Of a stretch of 32,000 nucleotides of DNA, positions 10,584-17,809 are shown in pieces; position 1 is the first letter of the stretch; every line of letters starts with the position of its first letter. Origin of the DNA: Wolbachia endosymbiont of Litomosoides sigmodontis (GTDB taxonomy: Bacteria > Pseudomonadota > Alphaproteobacteria > Rickettsiales > Anaplasmataceae). The notes beneath the pieces are model-generated. The model searched no databases, was not told the DNA's origin, and saw nothing but the letters and a program-made list of their open reading frames with translations. The position numbers were made by a program, and so were the translations under genes. The stretch is taken from positions 630,001 through 662,000 of the forward strand of contig NZ_CP046577.1 of the NCBI RefSeq assembly GCF_013365435.1, given 5' to 3'.

Positions 10584-10858
10584 CAGCAAGATTCACACTT
10601 AAATCCTAAGATGGAAAAGATGGTGTGACATATATAAGGATAGTAAATTATCCTTTACTGTTTTTAAGAGATTAAAGGATTATAATATAAGTGATAAAAG
10701 CTTATTTTTTATCATGAAAAGAATATTCCAGAAATTAGGCAAAAAGCTTAGATTCTTTTAAATAAAGATAGAGCACGGGCTAAGCGATTTGCTGGAAGCA
10801 AAAAACCCACAGATGTGAATCCTTAAACAAGGAACATGAGACTTGACTTTGACAACAA

Positions 10859-11752
10859 TTAAAATATCTCAAATCCTATCAATTTTTTTGCACAGTCAAT
10901 TACTTCAGAATTTGGAAATTGGTTTTTAAACCAGGTATACTGACGTTTTGCGTAATGCCTTGTATTTGTTTGAGCGATTTGTATCGCCTCACTTAAAGTA
11001 ATCTTACCTTTTAAGTACTTTATAATTTCTGGTGCTCCGTGCACTTTCATAGCTGGCAAATGCGGAGCTAGTTTCATGCTAAGCAGTTTTTTTACTTCGT
11101 CAACTGCCCCATTTTTAATCATTGTAACAAAACGGGAATTTATTTTTCGGTATACGCCCTCACGTTTAGGCAAAACTACATACATCTTAAAATTATCAAA
11201 TAAAGGGGGCTGTTTATTTTCTTGCCATAAGAAAATTGACTTGCCAGTCGCAGTAATAACTTCAAGTGCCCTTGAAAGGCGATGCGAGTCATTTGCGGAT
11301 ATTTTACCTTGAATTTTCGAGTCTTTGCTTAGCACTAATTTATAAAACTCCTCTTTACTTAAATTTTGCCTGAGTTCATTTACATTTTTTCTTATTTCCT
11401 CACTTATTTTTGGTATTACTGATAAGCCCTTGATTAAACTGCTAATATAAAGCCCACTTCCTCCAGTAAGAATAGGCATTCGCGCATTTTCTAACGCGCA
11501 ATCAATTTCTCTTTTTAGGTCTTCTAGCCATAAACCCACAGAATAATTTTCTTTTACTGAAACATAACCATATAGTTTATAAAGCTCTTCTTGCTTTGGT
11601 GGCTGAGCAGTGATTATGGGAATTTCTTTGTACACTTGCTTTGAATCACAGTTTAGTATACTAATATTTCTATACTTTTCTATCAAGTCATCACACAATT
11701 CTGATTTACCTGAAGCTGTAATTCCTGTAATAATTATTATTCTATTTCTCAT
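10859..11752 (-). CDS. miaA: tRNA dimethylallyltransferase (tRNA delta2-isopentenylpyrophosphate transferase)
   Basis: A 297-aa ORF with the N-terminal P-loop 'IIIITGITASGKSELC' and the motifs 'QVYKEIPIITAQP' and 'LTGGSGLYI', which are typical of MiaA. Confidence 0.9.
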   Translation of the reverse strand: MRNRIIIITGITASGKSELCDDLIEKYRNISILNCDSKQVYKEIPIITAQPPKQEELYKLYGYVSVKENYSVGLWLEDLKREIDCALENARMPILTGGSGLYISSLIKGLSVIPKISEEIRKNVNELRQNLSKEEFYKLVLSKDSKIQGKISANDSHRLSRALEVITATGKSIFLWQENKQPPLFDNFKMYVVLPKREGVYRKINSRFVTMIKNGAVDEVKKLLSMKLAPHLPAMKVHGAPEIIKYLKGKITLSEAIQIAQTNTRHYAKRQYTWFKNQFPNSEVIDCAKKLIGFEIF

Positions 11753-11827
11753 TAGTATTAATTTAATTAACGTATGGTAGGGTGTAGTAAAAATTTAGAT
11801 TATGCAATCTAAAATTTGGAGATTTTT

Positions 11828-12298
11828 ATGGTAGAAAACAACGAGGATAATTCATTTATTAAGCGTTTCGCAAATAGGAGTTCTAATAGTACAGGAGGAA
11901 GTTTTTCTAGTAAATATTCATCTCAAAATACTAAAGCACGTGCACTAGAAGAGAGAGGAAAAATTTCCCAGTTAGCAAGCAAAAAAATTGAATCGAAAGA
12001 AATTTTTTCTGAGAGTATTAACATAAAAGGCAAAAGCAGAACTGTCAATGAAAGATCTTTTGCTGATGCAACAAGAAGAAGTAGGTCAGATCTCATATAT
12101 TTAGTCCGTGGTAAAGACCGTGGAAGATCAGCATGGCACTATGTATTAGTTGATAAAGACAAGAAAGAAATGTTTCTCGCAAAAAGTAGAACTGGTTCTA
12201 TGGATGTTGCAGATTACGGAGAAGTTTTATACTCAGGATGGGGAGAGGATCCGTCACCAGAGATAGTTGATAAAATCAATGAAGAATTTGGAATCTAG
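11828..12298 (+). CDS. Hypothetical protein with a Ser/Arg/Lys-rich, probably disordered N-terminal half and a compact C-terminal domain
   Basis: The ORF runs 11816-12298 from a TTG. I prefer the ATG at 11828 because a GGAG lies 8 nt upstream of it ('tttGGAGatttttATG'). The C-terminal segment 'SAWHYVLVDKDKKEMFLAKSRTGSMDVADYGEVLYSGWGEDP' looks globular. I do not recognise the family. Confidence 0.6.
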   Translation: MVENNEDNSFIKRFANRSSNSTGGSFSSKYSSQNTKARALEERGKISQLASKKIESKEIFSESINIKGKSRTVNERSFADATRRSRSDLIYLVRGKDRGRSAWHYVLVDKDKKEMFLAKSRTGSMDVADYGEVLYSGWGEDPSPEIVDKINEEFGI

Positions 12299-12378
12299 CA
12301 AATTTGCAGTAAACTTATAATATTCACACTAACTAGAAGTGCTAGTAAAGTTCAATATAAATAACTATTCAACTACTT

Positions 12379-13002
12379 ATGCAAAAGGCTAATCTGATCG
12401 CTAAGTTTAGCTATATGATAGCTAAAACAATAAATGCAATACAGAATAATTTGCTAGTCTGTTTCCCAACAGAGACAGTATATGCTCTTGCTTGCAATGC
12501 ACTAGATAGTGGAGCTATCGAAAAAACATATCAGGTAAAGAAACGCTCTCAAGATAAGCCACTATCTATATTTGTTAGTGATGTTCACAGTTTAGCAAAA
12601 ATAGCAAAGCTAGAGGGAAAATATATTAATTTAATAAATCACTTTTCTCCTGGACCAATTACCTATATTTTACCGCTTAAAAATAACAACATATTGCCAA
12701 ATAGATTCTTTAAAGGTACTATAGGAGTAAGAATACCTGATCATCCTATTGCAATTTCAATATTAAATAGGCTAAAAACTCCAATAGTTGCAACCAGTAT
12801 AAATATTTCGGGAGAAAAAAGTGTGTGTAAGGCAAGCGATATACCTCAACCTATTAAGCAACATTTATCTGCAGTGATTGAAGATGATGAATTAGTTTCT
12901 AGTACAGAATCTAGTATTATTGACTTAACTGTGGATAAGGTTAAGATTTTAAGAGAAGGTACAATTTCATTGCAAGCAGTAAATAATATGCTTTCGGACT
13001 GA
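12379..13002 (+). CDS. tsaC: L-threonylcarbamoyladenylate synthase (YrdC/TsaC/Sua5 family, t6A biosynthesis)
   Basis: A 207-aa ORF with YrdC-domain motifs 'FPTETVYALACNA', 'KKRSQDKPLSIFV' and 'IGVRIPDHPIA...VATSINISGE'. Confidence 0.85.
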   Translation: MQKANLIAKFSYMIAKTINAIQNNLLVCFPTETVYALACNALDSGAIEKTYQVKKRSQDKPLSIFVSDVHSLAKIAKLEGKYINLINHFSPGPITYILPLKNNNILPNRFFKGTIGVRIPDHPIAISILNRLKTPIVATSINISGEKSVCKASDIPQPIKQHLSAVIEDDELVSSTESSIIDLTVDKVKILREGTISLQAVNNMLSD

Positions 13003-13018
13003 AATCTATAAAAAAAGA

Positions 13019-13855
13019 ATGAAAAAAGTAATAGGTCATGATCAAGCCAAAAAAAGATTGATGGATAACTTATCTATTCAATCCTGGTTAATTTGTGGTA
13101 AAAAAGGTATAGGAAAAGCAACGCTCGCAAAATCCTTTTCCAATTGGTTTCTTGTAAAAAACTGCAATGAAGCAGCACTGGACTTACACATTGTTGAAGG
13201 TGATATCATTGGAGTAGAAAAAGTGAGAGAAATGAAAAATTTTCTGCACTTAAGCCCTATTCAATCAGAATACAAGATAGCTATAATAGATAGCCTAGAA
13301 GCAATGACAAACAACGCTAGAAATGCAATATTAAAAGTATTAGAAGAACCGCCAAAAAACTCAAAGATATTCATAATTAGTCATAGGCCATACAATATAC
13401 AAACCACTATTCAATGCAGGTGTTTTCAGCTGAACTTACTGCCATTAACTTATAATGAAACGAAGCAAATTGTTTTATCTCAGTGTAAATTAGACAGTAG
13501 CACATTTGAAGAAATCATTACTTTATTTCCAGGAATGCCAGGAATAATAATAAATACAATAAGTAGTGATACTTATAACTCATATAAGTGCTTTTATAAA
13601 TTCCTTCATAATTTAAAAAATCCTAATGCCATTAATAAAGTAATTAATAGCGAAATTGAACTGGAATTAGCATCATATATAATTCAGGCCTTCATTCTAG
13701 AAAGAATAAAGAGAAAGGTCCACAATATCGAAATCTTACTTAGTCAATGGAGAAAAATAGATGAACTTTTTTCTGCTGCTGGACAGCTTCACTTAGATAA
13801 AAAGCACGTTTTAACTAACGTAGTTAATATCGTAGCATCAGTTTATGAAGTATAA
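13019..13855 (+). CDS. holB: DNA polymerase III subunit delta'
   Basis: A 278-aa ORF beginning 16 nt after tsaC. It has an AAA+ clamp-loader pattern: a Walker A-like 'CGKKGIGKATLAKSF', 'ARNAILKVLEEPPKNSKIFIISH', and a Cys-containing 'TIQCRC' (SRC-like) segment. Confidence 0.85.
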   Translation: MKKVIGHDQAKKRLMDNLSIQSWLICGKKGIGKATLAKSFSNWFLVKNCNEAALDLHIVEGDIIGVEKVREMKNFLHLSPIQSEYKIAIIDSLEAMTNNARNAILKVLEEPPKNSKIFIISHRPYNIQTTIQCRCFQLNLLPLTYNETKQIVLSQCKLDSSTFEEIITLFPGMPGIIINTISSDTYNSYKCFYKFLHNLKNPNAINKVINSEIELELASYIIQAFILERIKRKVHNIEILLSQWRKIDELFSAAGQLHLDKKHVLTNVVNIVASVYEV

Positions 13856-13949
13856 TATTTTCAATATAAATTTATAATTAAATTTCGTTAATTTAATATT
13901 TCAAGCATTGATCTGACTAATAGTAAATTAACTGTACGGCAATCAATTT

Positions 13950-14017
13950 TGTATCTAATTGTCAACATTGATTGTATCAATATATTTTTTTAATAAGTGT
14001 TGCAATAGAAGTCTTAA
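13950..14017 (+). repeat. Short isolated internal fragment of the IS630-family relic
   Basis: 'caattttgtatctaattgtcaacattgattgtatcaatatatttttttaataagtgttgcaata' is the reverse complement of the segment seen at 14147-14205 and in copy 1 at about 640-700. The match is by eye only. Confidence 0.45.
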
Positions 14018-14030
14018 TAAAGCTGTACTG

Positions 14031-14705
14031 ATACCAATTCTTATTATTAATAAGGCAAAATAAGTAACATTTAGGCACTTTTAAATTTCTTAACTTATGA
14101 TAACTAGCATAATCCATGATAAGAAAGATGTCTCATGTTCTAAAATATTGCAACACTTGTTCAAAAAATATATTCATACAATCAGTGTTGATAATTAGAT
14201 ACAAATAAGCTCCCTCTCTGCAGAGGCAAAAATTTTGTCTACCTAATTTTACTTTAACCTAATGTTCTAATGCCCCTTTTTAATTACTCATGTTCAACTT
14301 TCAAATATGTATAAAACTGTAGTTCATCAAAGATGAATAACTCTTCTTATTCAGAGCACACTTACCAATAGTCTCATTAATTTTTTAACTCTTCCTTTCT
14401 ACCTTCATCTTGTTCATTGCAAATTGGCTTTGGCGTAATATACAAAGACTTCATTTTTTGCACATTACAACGTAATGTAGACTTGCTAACATTTTTCAAA
14501 AGCCAAATTTCTTCTGAATTCTTACTTTCATTATTCAAGAAGCCTTTCTTATTATGGATTTTGCTAATGGACATAGTCAAAAAATTTAAAAGTACCATTA
14601 CTAGAACGCTTTATATAAATTTATTACCTCTTTTTCTCGCTCCGCAATTAAACAACTATGTAATGTCACACTTATTTAACCAATTAACAATATGAGGACC
14701 GGCAT
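14031..14705 (-). mobile_element. Decayed, chimeric IS630-family relic, copy 4. A minus-oriented body carries an inverted plus-oriented tail.
   Basis: The left inverted repeat is 'ataccaattcttattattaataaggcaaaataagtaacatt'. The body (14075-14545) is collinear with copy 1 and includes the transposase fragment 'SKSTLRCNVQKMKSLYITPKPICNEQDEGRKEE' (ORF 14377-14598, minus strand). From about 14546 the sequence switches to the reverse complement of the C-terminal end ('ggattttgctaatggacatagtcaaaaaatttaaaagtacc...') and ends in the degenerate inverted repeat 'taatgtcacacttatttaacc...'. Confidence 0.6.
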
Positions 14706-15459
14706 AAGGCATGCAGAAAGAACTAAACTGAATTAAAAATATAGTTCAGATCCGAATGTAACTTTAAAGAAAGGGAAAGAGTTATAGAATCGTATTTACA
14801 AAGCAAATTTTTAAGCTAAACAAATGCAATTAATATAGCTACTTTGCCAAAAAATTGGCTATCACATATTCAATAGTGAGTTAGTTGTACGCGCAATTAC
14901 ATTACAAAAGAGGAGACAAGAATTACTAGAGTATTTCATTACCTTAAAGGTGTTAAATTAAATGAAGGCGATTATAAACTAAAGTTTTATAATATTTTAG
15001 ATTATGATCAACAATATTCTAACGTTTTAGATGAATATAAGCTTGTGGATTTTAGTAATGTAGAAAAGATTTATATAGTCTAAAATTTAAGGAATATGTT
15101 AATCACACACCTAAATTTTTACCACGGAAGGAGCTATTGAGCCCAAGTTTCAAAATCATTCAGTCGACTTATTTGGATAGTTAAAGGTGGTAAAGACAGA
15201 AGTTCTTGCTGATGAATTTGGTTATTTTAACCAAGATAAATTACATTATTATAATAATAATAAAAGTGTAAAAAGTGACATTTATCATCCTAAAATTTCA
15301 GCGTAAAGATGATAAATGTAGATGTGAGTAAAATCAACAAATTCTATTTTATAGCTGGATAAGATGATATAATCATTCATCCTGTTTTGAGAAATTTAAA
15401 TATATTTTAAAATTTTTAGGGTTTATTATTATAATAATAATTCAATAGTGCTTTACATT

Positions 15460-16128
15460 ATGGAAGATAAGCTGCGTGAATCAGTAAAAAATAAGAGTTA
15501 TTTCAGTAAAGCAATTGAATGGTACTGTCATAAATATCTATTTTGCGTAGCAGAAAGATCTTGGATGGCGCTGATAGTATTGTGCCTCTTAGTGTGTCTG
15601 TGCCTATTACTATTAAATATATACTTATTATTCCCTATTAAAAAAGATTTAAACTTCGTGAAGTATGTAAGTCACACAGAGGATGAGTTTTCTGTAATAC
15701 GTAAGCTTAGTTTTAAAAAAGATGAAGATGAATACACTTCTGTAGCAAGATACTTAATGAGTAAATATGTCGAAATGTATGAATCTAATAAAGTTGTTGA
15801 GCCATGGTACCAGAAAAATTTCATAAAAAACAACTCTACACATAAAATCTACCAAAACTTTCAGAAAAAAATGAATGATGAAGCTGGTGATTTGCCTTCA
15901 TCTAAAAGAAAAATTTTCAACATAAATGTAGTAAAATTGTCCATTGACCGATCAATCAAAGATTTAGTCACGTTTGTTGGAAATGCTACTGTGATTTTCA
16001 TAATCGAGCAAGATAAGAAAACAAAGGATCAAACTATTGAGATTAGCTTTACTTTGTCAAATATAAAAGCAACTCTAGCTGGTATAATACCATTTAAATT
16101 TATTGTTAATGATTATGAATATAAGTAA
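15460..16128 (+). CDS. VirB8-like type IV secretion component (orphan paralogue), a bitopic inner-membrane protein
   Basis: The ORF runs 15448-16128 from a GTG, and the first ATG is at 15460. The architecture matches VirB8. The cytoplasmic N-terminus is 'SYFSKAIEWY...ERSWMALIV' (compare VirB8 'YY.EA.SWE...RS.R.AW.VA'). One TM helix follows ('ALIVLCLLVCLCLLLLNIYLLF'), then 'PIKK' (compare 'PLK'). The periplasmic domain has 'ARYLMSKYVEMYES' (compare 'YL..YV..RE.Y') and the C-terminal 'IPFKFIVNDYEY' (compare 'NPLGF.VT.YR'). This is motif-level evidence only. Confidence 0.5.
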   Translation: MEDKLRESVKNKSYFSKAIEWYCHKYLFCVAERSWMALIVLCLLVCLCLLLLNIYLLFPIKKDLNFVKYVSHTEDEFSVIRKLSFKKDEDEYTSVARYLMSKYVEMYESNKVVEPWYQKNFIKNNSTHKIYQNFQKKMNDEAGDLPSSKRKIFNINVVKLSIDRSIKDLVTFVGNATVIFIIEQDKKTKDQTIEISFTLSNIKATLAGIIPFKFIVNDYEYK

Positions 16129-16135
16129 TCGCGCG

Positions 16136-16747
16136 TTAAAGTAGTGCCCGTTTAATGGAGCTTAAAACGGGTGCAAAACTTTTTCTATGATATCCTGTAA
16201 CACCATAAAGATTTATGGCACTTATGTGCTCCTTTGTTCCATATCCTTTATTCTTATACCAGTTATATTTTGGATATTGATTATGCAATTCTTGCATCAA
16301 TTGATCTCTTGTCACTTTTGCAACGATTGAAGCTGCCGCAATTGATATGCTCAAATTATCGCCGTTTATTATGGACTTCATTTTCCATCTTATTTTAGGT
16401 GGCTGATTACCATCAATTAGCACGTAATCTAACTCTACACCTAATTCTACCAACGCACGTTCCATTGAAAGTTTCGTTGCTTGCAAAATATTATATGAAT
16501 TTATTTCTGCTACACTTGCTATTCCTATACCAAATTTTGCAATGGATGTTATTTTTTCATATAGGATTTGCCTATTTCTAGCGGTCAATTTCTTTGAATC
16601 GTTAATTTCTTCAATGACCATACTTCTGCTAGGGAATATTACAGCCGCAGATATTACTGGACCAGCTAGTGCCCCCCTTCCAACTTCATCTACTCCTGCT
16701 ATCACTCCTGATAATTTATTTTCTAATGTAAAATCAGGATATGCCAT
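16136..16747 (-). CDS. rnhB: Ribonuclease HII
   Basis: A 203-aa ORF with the catalytic motif 'GVDEVGRGALAGPV' and the segments 'DSKKL' and 'SIAAASIVAKVTRD'. Confidence 0.9.
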   Translation of the reverse strand: MAYPDFTLENKLSGVIAGVDEVGRGALAGPVISAAVIFPSRSMVIEEINDSKKLTARNRQILYEKITSIAKFGIGIASVAEINSYNILQATKLSMERALVELGVELDYVLIDGNQPPKIRWKMKSIINGDNLSISIAAASIVAKVTRDQLMQELHNQYPKYNWYKNKGYGTKEHISAINLYGVTGYHRKSFAPVLSSIKRALL

Positions 16748-16753
16748 AAGCTT

Positions 16754-17734
16754 CTATAACAAAAAAGTAACAGTGAAAACTGAAAAGATAACAGTAATTA
16801 TCAAAAATTTTATAACTATCTCGTTTTCTGACCATCCTTTCTTTTCAAAATGATGGTGTATTGGTGTCATAAGAAAAATCCTTTTTCCCTTTCCATACTT
16901 AAATTTTGTATATTTGAAGTACGATACCTGAATAATAACAGATAAAGTCTCTATCACAAAGATTACTCCAATAATAGTAAAAAGCATTTCTCTTTTAATT
17001 AAAATACTAGTTAATCCTAGAGCTGCACCAATTGATAAACTGCCAATGTCACCCATAAACATTTTTGCTGGATGCGTATTAAACCACAAGAAACTTAAAG
17101 TCGCTCCTATAAACGCGATGCAGAACAGGATAATATTTATATCTGCTTGAGTCATATATGCAATTAACCCCAAAGAAACAAAAGAAATAATGATTTGAGT
17201 TGCTACAAGGCCATCTAGGCCATCTGTTAAGTTTACAGCATTAGAAGAACCAACCACTACAAATGCAGCAAATGGAACATATAGGTAGCCAAAGTCGATC
17301 ATTACCCTTTTAAATAGAACCGTTTTTGCAAAATCTTCAGCAAAGCTGAGCTTAAATACAAACATGCTAACCAGTGCAATAATAAATTGGATGAGTATTT
17401 TGGTTTTCGCGCTTAACCCTCGATCGCTATTTGCTTTTAACTTTAAATAATCGTCAACAAATCCAATTAGAGCAAAGGATAGAGTTATAGACACTAGCAA
17501 TAAAATCTCTGGCGTTAACTGAACCAAAAATAAAATTGATAATAAAGAAGAAGTCAGTATTACTATTCCCCCCATGGTAGGTGTATTTCTTTTTGTAATT
17601 AAATGACTTTCTGGATTGCATAACCTGATAGGTTGTCTATTTTTGCTAATTTTTTTTAGAAATTTTATAAAATAAGGGAAAAGAATAAACCCAAGAATAA
17701 ATGAAGTGAAAAATATTTTTGCAAGTAACTTCAT
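16754..17734 (-). CDS. mraY: Phospho-N-acetylmuramoyl-pentapeptide transferase
   Basis: A 326-aa polytopic membrane protein with MraY motifs 'TPTMGG', 'DDYLKL', 'NAVNLTDGLDGL', 'MGDIGSLSIGAALG' and 'PIHHHFE'. It ends 6 nt before the rnhB start. Confidence 0.9.
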   Translation of the reverse strand: MKLLAKIFFTSFILGFILFPYFIKFLKKISKNRQPIRLCNPESHLITKRNTPTMGGIVILTSSLLSILFLVQLTPEILLLVSITLSFALIGFVDDYLKLKANSDRGLSAKTKILIQFIIALVSMFVFKLSFAEDFAKTVLFKRVMIDFGYLYVPFAAFVVVGSSNAVNLTDGLDGLVATQIIISFVSLGLIAYMTQADINIILFCIAFIGATLSFLWFNTHPAKMFMGDIGSLSIGAALGLTSILIKREMLFTIIGVIFVIETLSVIIQVSYFKYTKFKYGKGKRIFLMTPIHHHFEKKGWSENEIVIKFLIITVIFSVFTVTFLL

Positions 17735-17809
17735 CTATCCATTTAAACTAACTGATTTAATATCATATCTGATACTCATAAATATATCATAACGCAGAGA
17801 TATTGGTAA

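Noticed and set aside
14377-14695. ORFs 14377-14598 (minus strand) and 14417-14695 (plus strand) as possible small proteins
   Set aside because: Both lie inside IS relic copy 4. The minus-strand one is a 73-aa fragment of the decayed IS630-type transposase, and the plus-strand one is its antisense shadow.
16399-16853. Plus-strand ORFs 16399-16581 and 16542-16853 spanning the rnhB/mraY junction
   Set aside because: They are antisense to two strongly supported genes and have no motifs.
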